From NCBI GenBank assembly GCA_000993275.1, contig LBVV01000006.1:24-64023 (forward strand): 64,000 bases of DNA, read 5' to 3'. The notes below the pieces were generated by a model. It searched no databases. It had not been told where the DNA came from and worked only from the letters and a program-made list of their open reading frames with translations. The stretch is from a candidate division CPR2 bacterium GW2011_GWC2_39_10. Lineage in GTDB: Bacteria; Patescibacteriota; CPR2. Below, one piece after another: positions 38,229 to 46,887 of the stretch. Position 1 is the first letter of the stretch. Each line of letters opens with the position of its first letter. Both the position numbers and the translations under genes were made by a program.

Positions 38229-39296
38229 TTACAAATAAGATAAGGCAAGACCAACTGCCACCGAAAATTTAGAAGCAACCGGCACAAGCTTTTCGCTGGG
38301 CAGTCTGGAGCAATCTATGTTGGCCCAAGGATTAACTTGGCTTACCTTAATTGACAATTCATGGGCAAAAAAATCATTAATTCTCGGCACCAAGGATGAT
38401 CCTCCGCTTAAAATTAAGCCTTCAAAAGGAATATTTACAAAATTCGGATCTTCTTTTATTTTTATTATGCCTTCAACAATTGGGTTTAATATTTTTTTAA
38501 TTGCAAAGAAGATTTTACCGTCAAATTTGCTTGGCTCCATGCCTATTTCCATTTTGGTTTTTATAGCTTCTTCCGGCTTCATGTTAAATTCCTGCATTAA
38601 AACGTTTGTTATTGCCAGCCCGCCTATGCTTATGGTCTCGGCATGTTTTAGAGTCCCTTCGCTGACAATCATAACTGTAGAGTAATTATGTCCCATGTGG
38701 ATAAATATAAAACTTTTACTCATTCCCTTAAAAAGATTCATGAGGCTCAAAACTTCTATATCGAACCCCATTGGACTAACTCCGCCGGCAGAAGCTATTT
38801 GATTATATTTTTCGGCAACATACTGAGGAAAATACCCCAAAAAGATTTCTCTTGCACCGTCTTTTCCGGTTTTTAAAGTTTGCCAGTAGCTTAAGCTATC
38901 CTCGCCTTCCTTTGCCGCCCTATATTTAATTTCGTATTTCATGGCAAACTGAAGCTCGTCATCATCCATGGGCGGAAACGTAAAAATATCCCAACCGGAA
39001 CTGTTTGATGGAATTGAAATAACTGCCTGATTGGCCGATATTTTGGCTGCCCCAAGTAACTGGCCGACAGCTTGGCCAAGCTGATTGTTAGCTTGCGGCG
39101 AATCGCTAAGTAGCATGCCGGGCGGCAGATTATATTCAACCGCGGACTGCAAAAAAACAGCTTCTTTCTCCTTGGAAAGCTGGACTATTTTTATTGAGGT
39201 TGAGCCTATATCCAAACCAAAGTAATCTTTCAAAAGATTCCCTCCATATATATAGTAACCAGGAATCAGGAAACAGTAAACAGGAAAAAACCCCAT
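38229..39296 (-). CDS. pilM: Type IV pilus assembly ATPase-fold protein PilM (actin-like), copy A
   Basis: 'FGLDIGSTSIKIVQL' phosphate-1 motif and 'LSGGSS' phosphate-2; 355 aa. Confidence 0.75.
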   Translation of the reverse strand: MGFFPVYCFLIPGYYIYGGNLLKDYFGLDIGSTSIKIVQLSKEKEAVFLQSAVEYNLPPGMLLSDSPQANNQLGQAVGQLLGAAKISANQAVISIPSNSSGWDIFTFPPMDDDELQFAMKYEIKYRAAKEGEDSLSYWQTLKTGKDGAREIFLGYFPQYVAEKYNQIASAGGVSPMGFDIEVLSLMNLFKGMSKSFIFIHMGHNYSTVMIVSEGTLKHAETISIGGLAITNVLMQEFNMKPEEAIKTKMEIGMEPSKFDGKIFFAIKKILNPIVEGIIKIKEDPNFVNIPFEGLILSGGSSLVPRINDFFAHELSIKVSQVNPWANIDCSRLPSEKLVPVASKFSVAVGLALSYL

Positions 39297-39363
39297 CCCT
39301 CCCCTTCAAAGGGGAGGGAGCAGGAGGGAGGGGTTTTTAAATGCCAAATTACAAAGAAAGAAG

Positions 39364-39470
39364 AAAGAATATAGTATAAAGTATTAAGAATGGGAATACA
39401 GAATATTAGAATATTTTTTGCTTTATTCCGTACTCTAAATTCTTATACTTAATTCTTGATTCTTCTATTT
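39364..39470 (+). repeat. AT-rich ~110-bp intergenic repeat, copy 1 (GAATATAGTATAAAG...GGGAATACAGAATATTAGAATATTTTTTGCTTTATTCCGTACTCTAAATTCTTATACTTAATTC)
   Basis: ~90% identical to 39901-40020 (direct); partial inverted copy at 52681-52735. Confidence 0.7.
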
Positions 39471-39520
39471 TAGGATTTAGGATTTATTTAGAAATTCGTA
39501 ATTAGATATTAGGATTTAAA

Positions 39521-39548
39521 AAATCCGGCTATCGCCGGATTTTTTTAC
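39521..39548 (-). terminator. Bidirectional rho-independent terminator at the 3' end of hup
   Basis: ATCCGGC-TAT-CGCCGGAT hairpin flanked by A-run and T-run. Confidence 0.55.
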
Positions 39549-39817
39549 CTAACTGCTTCTTTTAGTCTTTTGCCGGCCCTAAACCTTGGCATCTTCATTT
39601 CCGGAATGTTGATATAGTCTCCGCTTTGGGGATTTCGGCCGCGTCTGGCAGCGCGTTTTCCAAGATCAAAGGTGCCGAAACCGGTTATGGCAACTTTTTC
39701 TCCCCTAACGATATTTTCGGTTACAATTTTAGTAAATTTGCCAAGAAACATCTCGACATTCTTTTTGGACATGCCGGTCTCTTTGGATAGCGTGTCAACA
39801 AACTGTTGTTTAGTCAT
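39545..39817 (-). CDS. hup: DNA-binding protein HU (histone-like, HU/IHF family)
   Basis: 'MTKQQFVDTLSKETGMSKK...' with 'GFGTFDLGKRAARRGRNPQSGDYINIPEMKMPRFRAGKRLKEAV' HU arm and signature. Confidence 0.85.
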   Translation of the reverse strand: MTKQQFVDTLSKETGMSKKNVEMFLGKFTKIVTENIVRGEKVAITGFGTFDLGKRAARRGRNPQSGDYINIPEMKMPRFRAGKRLKEAVR

Positions 39818-39900
39818 AAATACCCCTTATTTATTTAACATAATAATATAGATAATTATTGCATAAGAATTTTATTTTTTCAAGAGAGATTTGGTGGTAA

Positions 39901-40020
39901 AAAAGAATATAGAATATAGTATAAAGCCCCAAGAATGGGAATATAGAATATTAGAATATTTTTTGCTTTATTCCGTATTCTAAATTCTTATACTTAATTC
40001 ATAATTCATTATTCTTAATT
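39901..40020 (+). repeat. AT-rich ~110-bp intergenic repeat, copy 2 (direct repeat of 39364-39470; the pair flanks hup)
   Basis: Direct sequence comparison. Confidence 0.7.
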
Positions 40021-40105
40021 CTAAGATTTGGATTTGTTTAGTATTTTCCGCCCGAGGCGGATCAGCCTTTGGCTGAAGAAATTAGGATTTAAGATTTAGA
40101 GATTC

Positions 40106-40900
40106 TCAAATCTCATCTTCTAGATCTATTCTTTTTATGGATTTTGCCTTTCCGGTTTCATTATCGGCATCAATAAGTACGGAGTTAAACCAAACCGGAC
40201 CTTCTGTCGGAATATCATGCTTTTGAGGAAGACAGGTTAAAAACCTTTTTATCACAATTTCGGACTTAACACCAAGCGATGTATTTTGCGGCCCCACCAT
40301 GCCCACATCCGTTACTACTGCCGTTCCTTTAGGTAAGACTCTGGCATCAGCTGTTGGCACGTGAGTATGGGTTCCAAAAACTGCCGTCACTTTGCCATCC
40401 AAAAATAAACCGAATGCCACTTTTTCCGAACTAATATCAGCATGAAAATCCACAATTATTATTTTGGCTTTCTTTTTTAATTCTTCAATTATCCCTTCAA
40501 CCAGCCGAAATGGGGAATCCAGATTGGCGTTTAAAAAACCTTCAAGCCCAATCATATTAATTATCCCCACGTTGCCAAACGGGGTTTTAACAACATCAAA
40601 ACCTCTACCGGGAGCGCCTAACGGATAATTTGCCGGACGAATAACTGGCGTTTTCGGGTTGTCCAGTTCGGGGATAAATTCTTGCTTTTTCCAGATATGA
40701 TTCCCCGAAGTAAAGAAATCCACCCCCACTGCTTGAAGATCTTTCATGGTTTCCATAGTCATACCGTAGCCGGTAGTCATGTTTTCGCCATTAGCAATAA
40801 CAAAATCCACATCTTCTTTTTTAATAAGATCCGGCAAAAGTTTTATAACAGTTTTGCGACCAATTCTGGCTACAATATCGCCAATAAATAAGATCTTCAT
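40106..40900 (-). CDS. ymdB: YmdB-family metallophosphoesterase (2',3'-cyclic-nucleotide phosphodiesterase, TIGR00282)
   Basis: 'MKILFIGDIVARIGRK...VDFVIANGEN' calcineurin-like motifs; conserved rny-ymdB neighbourhood. Confidence 0.85.
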   Translation of the reverse strand: MKILFIGDIVARIGRKTVIKLLPDLIKKEDVDFVIANGENMTTGYGMTMETMKDLQAVGVDFFTSGNHIWKKQEFIPELDNPKTPVIRPANYPLGAPGRGFDVVKTPFGNVGIINMIGLEGFLNANLDSPFRLVEGIIEELKKKAKIIIVDFHADISSEKVAFGLFLDGKVTAVFGTHTHVPTADARVLPKGTAVVTDVGMVGPQNTSLGVKSEIVIKRFLTCLPQKHDIPTEGPVWFNSVLIDADNETGKAKSIKRIDLEDEI

Positions 40901-41003
40901 ATTTCTTCCTTTTTCTTATGATACTCTTAAAGCCGTACATGATTCAATCTTTTGAAATCAGAGTTAATTAATTCTTGATTTAATTCTTAATTCATAATTC
41001 GTT

Positions 41004-42566
41004 TTATTTCGCGTACTCGATTGACCTGGTTTCTCTTATTACGTTAACTTTAATTTGACCCGGATATTTAAGATCGTTTTCAATTTTGTCAGCGATATTG
41101 CGGGCCAACTTTGTAGCCTCAAGATCATCAATATTCTCCGGATTCACGATAATCCTAACTTCACGCCCGGCCTGAATAGCAAATGATTTTTCCACTCCTT
41201 CAAAACTATTGGCAATTGCCTCTAATTCTTTGAGCCTTTTGACATAATTGTCTAATGAATCCCGTCTGGCACCCGGACGCGCGCCGGAAATGGCATCGGC
41301 CACCTTAACAATTATTGCTTCAACGGACTTAAATTCTACCTCTTCGTGATGGGCTTCAATGGCATGTAAAATTTCTTCCGGCAATCCGAATTTTTTGGCA
41401 ATGTCTCTGGAAATTATAGCGTGGGTTCCGGTTATTTCCTGGTCAACTGCCTTTCCAAGGTCGTGCAGCAAACCGGCCACTTTAGCAATTTTAATGTCTG
41501 CCTTTATTTCGGCGGCAATAGAAGCGGCAATTTTTGACGTTTCAATAGAATGACGTAAAACATTTTGAGCATAACTGGTTCGATATTTAAGCCTACCTAA
41601 GATTTTAATAACATCTGTGGAAAGTCCGCTAACTCCCGCTTCGTAAGCAGCTTGTTCGCCGGCTTCCTTAATGGTCTTGTCAATTTCTTTTTCACACTTT
41701 AATACCATTTCTTCAATTCTGGATGGATGAATTCGACCATCCTGAATTAATTTTTCCAGTGCCATTTTAGCAACAGCCCGACGAACCGGATCGAAACCGG
41801 AAATAACAATAGTTTCCGGCGTATCATCAACGATAAAGTCGCAGCCGGTTGCCCTCTCTAAAGCATGAATGTTTCTGCCTTCTCTGCCAATTATCCTACC
41901 CTTCATTTCGTCGCTTGGCAATTGAACTGCAGAAACCGTTGTCTCCGCTGTCATATCTTGCGTAATATGCTGAATTGCATACGCCAAAATGTCTTTGGCT
42001 TTAGAGTCCGCATCCTCTTTCACTTCTTCCTGCACTTTTCTAATCCATGAAACCATATCCTCTTTATAATCTTTTTCCACCAGTTTAAAGAGTTTTTCTT
42101 TGGCTTCGTCTTTAGTAAGTTTCGCCAAATTAATCAGGGTTTCTTCCTGCCTTGATCTTAATGCTTTTAACTGCGTTTTAATGTCGCCAATTTCTTCCTT
42201 ACTTTTTTCTAAGTCTTCTTTTCTTTTGTCTAAATCGGTAAATTTTTTGTCTAAATTTTCTTCCTTGGACGCTAATCTTTCTTCTAATCTTAAGATCTGA
42301 TCTCGACGTTCTTTCTCTTCTTTTTTGGCTGTTTCCGAGACTTTAATGGCCTCGTCTTTAGCCTCAATTACAATTTCTTTAGCTTTTCTTTTGGCATCGT
42401 CAACAAGTTTTGTGGCTTCAGCTTCGGCGTTCTCGGTTTCCCCGGCCATTCGGATTTTTCTGTAGTAGTATCCGCCCACGCCTCCGGCCGCACTTCCGGC
42501 AGCAATGGCCAAAAGTAGACTTAAATTTAATGGACCCATATTCGACCTCTTTCTAGCGTCAGACAA
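41004..42566 (-). CDS. rny: Ribonuclease Y
   Basis: N-terminal TM, long coiled coil, KH domain 'GRIIGREGRNIHALERATG', HD domain 'AGLLHDLGKA'; ~520 aa. Confidence 0.9.
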   Translation of the reverse strand: MSDARKRSNMGPLNLSLLLAIAAGSAAGGVGGYYYRKIRMAGETENAEAEATKLVDDAKRKAKEIVIEAKDEAIKVSETAKKEEKERRDQILRLEERLASKEENLDKKFTDLDKRKEDLEKSKEEIGDIKTQLKALRSRQEETLINLAKLTKDEAKEKLFKLVEKDYKEDMVSWIRKVQEEVKEDADSKAKDILAYAIQHITQDMTAETTVSAVQLPSDEMKGRIIGREGRNIHALERATGCDFIVDDTPETIVISGFDPVRRAVAKMALEKLIQDGRIHPSRIEEMVLKCEKEIDKTIKEAGEQAAYEAGVSGLSTDVIKILGRLKYRTSYAQNVLRHSIETSKIAASIAAEIKADIKIAKVAGLLHDLGKAVDQEITGTHAIISRDIAKKFGLPEEILHAIEAHHEEVEFKSVEAIIVKVADAISGARPGARRDSLDNYVKRLKELEAIANSFEGVEKSFAIQAGREVRIIVNPENIDDLEATKLARNIADKIENDLKYPGQIKVNVIRETRSIEYAK

Positions 42567-42922
42567 TGGCTAAATTACAAAAAATTACCATGGAGTAGTG
42601 AAGCGATTTTTAGTTTTCTTTATATAGGGTAGCCTAAGGTCTGACAATGTTATTACTTTTATTATTACACCTCAAATTTAACATTAAAGAGCAGAAAAAT
42701 CAAGACGAAAGTCTTTGACAGAAAACCCTTCGAAAAGCTCAGGGCTATAGCAAGAAACAAACAAATAGCTAAAATTTTTGAATTAAGAATAACGAATTAT
42801 GAATCAAGTATGGGAATTCAGAATGATTGAACAATTGTAAGTTGAAATTTGAAAATCCCTTCCGCTCAAGGCGGACAAGCATGGAGGGAAATAATGGGGT
42901 GGGGTCGCTATTTGTTTATTGT

Positions 42923-43354
42923 TTATTGCTTATTGCTTTTTGACTTATCTTTTGGATAAGTAATACTGGGTTCTTTGTCATAGAAAGGCAAAATTTGGTC
43001 CATTTGGGATTTTTCCGCCTTGGCGAGTGCCAAACGAGACAGGTTTAACTTTTCTTCGCCTATTTCTAGCAATTTTTCAGGATTTTTTTCGTCTTTAATG
43101 CCGACAATTGGAATTTTAAGCGCATACGAAAGGGCATTGGCAATTGACACCGCAACTCTTGTACCTGTAAAAGGTCCGGGGCCTCTAAAAACAATAATCC
43201 CGCTTATTTTATCCGGCCGGGTTAGGCTATCTATTATTTTTAATAATTCCGGACGTCTTACTTCTCTCTTTTCCTCAACAGCTTTTCTTATAATTCCGCT
43301 CTCAGCGATGCCGACATATGTTATTTCATTATTTACCATGAGTATCAGGATCAT
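42923..43354 (-). CDS. tsaB: tRNA threonylcarbamoyladenosine biosynthesis protein TsaB (short form); C-terminal tail encoded by a repeat element
   Basis: 'GIIVFRGPGPFTGTRVAVSIANALSYALKIPIVGI' matches the TsaB/YeaZ core; last ~25 codons (43010-43050) are a GCCTTGGCGAGTGCCAAACGAGACAGG repeat. Confidence 0.6.
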   Translation of the reverse strand: MILILMVNNEITYVGIAESGIIRKAVEEKREVRRPELLKIIDSLTRPDKISGIIVFRGPGPFTGTRVAVSIANALSYALKIPIVGIKDEKNPEKLLEIGEEKLNLSRLALAKAEKSQMDQILPFYDKEPSITYPKDKSKSNKQ

Positions 43355-43806
43355 ATGTCCTCCAAGAAGTTTTTATATTTAGCGCCAAAAGTTTTAATTT
43401 GAATTTCTCTTACCGTTTTATTTATAAATGTCAAAATTATTTCAATTCTTTCATGCGGCAAATCCGCTTCCAAATTTTCCGGCCACTCCACTAAGAAAAC
43501 TGCCTTATCATTTTTTAAGTTTTCTAAAAGTTCAAATTCGGTAATATCACCGGCGGAAAGACGATAAAAATCATAATGGAATATGCAAATATCGTTTTTA
43601 CCTTTGTATATTTGCTCGATAGTAAAAGTGGGACTGGTTACCTCCTCTTTAGCACCCAAACCGGCAGCAATTCCTTTAGAAATTGTGGTTTTACCGCCGC
43701 CCAAGTCTCCTTTTAAAAGTAGCAAATCCCCGCCGCCAAGTTTGGCGCCGATTTTTTTTCCTAAATTTATCGTTTCTTCTTCACTTTCAGTTCTTAAAAT
43801 TCTCAC
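43351..43806 (-). CDS. tsaE: tRNA threonylcarbamoyladenosine biosynthesis ATPase TsaE
   Basis: Walker A 'GDLGGGKTTISKGIA' and 'SPTFTIEQIY' motif. Confidence 0.8.
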   Translation of the reverse strand: MRILRTESEEETINLGKKIGAKLGGGDLLLLKGDLGGGKTTISKGIAAGLGAKEEVTSPTFTIEQIYKGKNDICIFHYDFYRLSAGDITEFELLENLKNDKAVFLVEWPENLEADLPHERIEIILTFINKTVREIQIKTFGAKYKNFLEDI

Positions 43807-45040
43807 TTAAAACATCCTTATTTTTATAGGCGAGGTACAAACTGGCAATAACTGCTCCGCCCAAGAGAAACATTATACCTAAATTTCTATTATAGTTTAA
43901 GTCTTTTTCATCCGAAATAATATCCTCGGCACCCAAAACTTCCGGATCTTCAACGGTTCCCGTCTTTTTCGCTTTGCCGGCAATGGTTTTTGACGAACTT
44001 GAAGCGGACTTTTTAGTCGTTGACGTTTTTTTGGTTGTTGTTTTTGATTTAGAAATGTTGGCCGAGGATGATTCTTCCTCCTCGACTATGTTTTTGATAT
44101 TTGCGCTGTTTTTTGTGACCGTTTGCGTCCAGGACCAAACATTATCAAAATTTGCAAAACTTAAAGTCGTTTTCGTTTTACCGTAATCGGGTGTTGAATA
44201 AATAATTGACCCATTTTTATCTATTAAAAGCATTTCATCGCCATCATTGTTGAGGCTAATTTTTGTTACAACGCTTTCAAAGACCAAAAATCCATTTTTT
44301 GGGATGATTGTCGCGGGTTGAATAAAAAATTTATGCACCGAACCTTTAACGTCCTGCAACGCCCAACCGCCAAGATCGACGTCAAAATTTTCTGTGTTGT
44401 ACAGTTCTATCCATTCTCTCTTTGACTCGGAAATTTCGGTTGGCGGATCGGGGTAAATTTCGGAAATTATAATATTGGCACTTTGGGCGGTCGAACTTCC
44501 CGGATTATCTGCAGAGGCCGCATCTTCTCCGTCACTTAAAACCTCAAAATCGGCTGCATTATCGTCGGTATCAATATTATCCTTTCTTATCAGTTTTTGA
44601 TTCTTACCCAGTGCGGCAGCCGGATTTTTTTCATAGTCTGCGACCTTGCCAAAACCAACTTTATCAACCACCGCTTTGTTCTTATCGTAAATTAGAACGG
44701 TATTGTCGGATGCAAGAGAATTGCTTTTAGTGGAATATTTAAGGCCTTCGTATGTTGCCTGCTGATGGGAGACAGTAATTGACTCTTTCGATTTAAGGGT
44801 TAAGGCCGGAAAAGCAGTAAGCAAGTTATATTCATTCCCGCTGCCAGTTTTTTTGGTCAGCTTAAAACCTTCTAAATTTATATCAGCGTCAGTTGGATTA
44901 TAAAGCGTAACATATTCGTCATAAACTAAGTCTCCCGCAACCCTAATTTCAGATATTACAAGATGACTTGCCGCTCTAGCCGGCAAAGCGCTAATCCCCC
45001 CAAAGAGCATAAGAAAGCTAAAAAATAGGACCTTGCGCAT
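43787..45040 (-). CDS. Secreted/membrane-anchored protein with two lamin-tail domains (LTD)
   Basis: Signal peptide; 'LVISEIRVAGD...YVTLYNPTDADINLEGFKL' and 'IIISEIYPDP...EWIELYNTENFDVDLGGWAL' LTD repeats; Thr/Ser/Lys-rich linker; C-terminal TM. Confidence 0.6.
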   Translation of the reverse strand: MRKVLFFSFLMLFGGISALPARAASHLVISEIRVAGDLVYDEYVTLYNPTDADINLEGFKLTKKTGSGNEYNLLTAFPALTLKSKESITVSHQQATYEGLKYSTKSNSLASDNTVLIYDKNKAVVDKVGFGKVADYEKNPAAALGKNQKLIRKDNIDTDDNAADFEVLSDGEDAASADNPGSSTAQSANIIISEIYPDPPTEISESKREWIELYNTENFDVDLGGWALQDVKGSVHKFFIQPATIIPKNGFLVFESVVTKISLNNDGDEMLLIDKNGSIIYSTPDYGKTKTTLSFANFDNVWSWTQTVTKNSANIKNIVEEEESSSANISKSKTTTKKTSTTKKSASSSSKTIAGKAKKTGTVEDPEVLGAEDIISDEKDLNYNRNLGIMFLLGGAVIASLYLAYKNKDVLSENFKN

Positions 45041-45615
45041 ATAAAAAGAATAACACGACAGAATTTAAAATTACAAATTTTAAATTCTAAATCCTAATTT
45101 CTAATATCTAATATCTAAACAAAATCCAATTTCAAAATCCAAAAATTTAGAATATTAGAAAGTGCAAATCTCGTCGAATTGGTTGAACTTGAAAATTCCT
45201 AGCACTTTGAAGCAAATGTAAAAAAGCATTTGCTCTTTTTTTTAATAACAATCATTTTTCCCTTCCTCGGCCTCCGCAGGAATAGATGAGTATCAACTGA
45301 ACGTACATCTCAAAAAGTTGTGTTTGAGGAGGTTACGACGAGTTCGACTTTTTGAGAGTAAGAGAAGGCAGATGCGATTCTATGACGAGGACCAGCCGAA
45401 AGTTTTGGTTCTTTCCAAAAAGAACAAAAAATCCTTTAAGATTTTTATAGTTCTCATATTCCTACGGATCCGTCCGAACGAGCCGTATTGCCGGATCCCT
45501 CCCGCCGCCAGAGGCGGTCAAGAGGGCGGGCAGGCGGGCAGGCAAACGATTGTATTTTCTAAAGGAATGTCCGGAATGATGGAAAAATGAAACTACTGTC
45601 TTTTAAATTTTGACT

Positions 45616-46638
45616 TTACAAAATAAGCATTCCATCCCCATAAGAATAAAATCTATACTCATTATCTATGGCATGTTGGTAGGCCTTTAAAACGAGTTTC
45701 CTTCCGGCAAAGGCGGAGATTAGCATTATTAAACTGGATTTTGGCAAATGAAAGTTAGTTATTAGTCCGTCAATTATTTGAAATTTATAACCAGGATAGA
45801 TAAAAATATCGGTTTCACCACCCCCCCCTTCTTTTGCATGAAAAGGGTCTAACCCTTTTTGGGCTACTGATTCTAAAACTCGCACCGTAGTGGTTCCAAC
45901 CGCAATTACCCTTCGGCCTTCTTTTTTGGCCTTTTCTATTTTTAAAGCTGTTTCTTTGTTTATTTCAAAACTTTCTTTGTGCATCTTGTGCTCTTCTACC
46001 ACATCGGTTTTTACCGGTCTAAAAGTGCCAAGCCCCACATGAAGTGTTACAAATGCAAATTCTATCCCTTTTTCGTCAAGCTCCCTAAAAAGCCTGTCCG
46101 TAAAATGAAGCCCGGCCGTTGGCGCCGCCACCGAACCTTCCTTTAAAGCATAAACCGTTTGATAATCTAACCTGTCACTTTCTAAAGCTCCTTCCCTTTT
46201 TATATAAGGAGGCAAAGGCATTTCGCCGATTTTCTCTAGCGCCTCTAAAAAATCTGATTTTTTTAAATTAAATTTGACAATAAAAATATCGTCTTTTTTC
46301 GAAACATGACCTTTAAAAAGTTTGAAATCCAACTCTTCTTCTTTACCCTTTTTCACCAAAGCTTCCCAACTAAAATCATCAATGTTTTTAAGCAAAAGCA
46401 CTTCTTTTTTTACACCATTTAAATTGACTCCGTAAATTCTTGCCGGTATAACTTTGGAATTATTAAACACTAAAAGATCGCCTTCTTTCAAAAGATCTTT
46501 TAGATCATAAAAATGATAGTCTGAAAATTTTCTCTTTTTTCTATCTAAATGAAGCAGTTTAGAATGATCTTTTGGATAAACCGGCTTTAAGGCAATCTTT
46601 TCTTTTGGTAAATTGTAGTCAAAATCTTGTGTAAGCAC
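45616..46638 (-). CDS. queA: S-adenosylmethionine:tRNA ribosyltransferase-isomerase QueA
   Basis: Collinear match to QueA: 'DFDYNLP', 'LLVFNNSKVIPARIYG', 'PLPPYIKR', 'VAAPTAGLHFT', 'VIAVGTTTVRVLES', 'NFHLPKSSLIMLISAFAG', 'YRFYSYGDGMLI'. Confidence 0.9.
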   Translation of the reverse strand: MLTQDFDYNLPKEKIALKPVYPKDHSKLLHLDRKKRKFSDYHFYDLKDLLKEGDLLVFNNSKVIPARIYGVNLNGVKKEVLLLKNIDDFSWEALVKKGKEEELDFKLFKGHVSKKDDIFIVKFNLKKSDFLEALEKIGEMPLPPYIKREGALESDRLDYQTVYALKEGSVAAPTAGLHFTDRLFRELDEKGIEFAFVTLHVGLGTFRPVKTDVVEEHKMHKESFEINKETALKIEKAKKEGRRVIAVGTTTVRVLESVAQKGLDPFHAKEGGGGETDIFIYPGYKFQIIDGLITNFHLPKSSLIMLISAFAGRKLVLKAYQHAIDNEYRFYSYGDGMLIL

Positions 46639-46887
46639 TGTTCTTCTCCTAAAAATGCCCCTATATTATAACAGACTATTTAAAATACTAAATTCAAAGC
46701 ACTAAATACTAAACAATATTTAATATCAAAATCCTAAACGTTTTGAACATTTATATTTAAAATTTGTTTAGTATTTCGATATTGGGATTTAGAATTTAAA
46801 AGTATCCTTTATACTTCTCTTGTCAATTGTCATACTAATCCTGTAATATAAGATTAGTGTAGTAACTAATTTTTTTGGGATTTTTAG

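Noticed and set aside
45318-45590. 90-aa ORF in the LTD-queA intergenic region
   Set aside because: Arg/Gly-rich low-complexity translation of GC-rich hairpin repeats; no start context; more likely non-coding.
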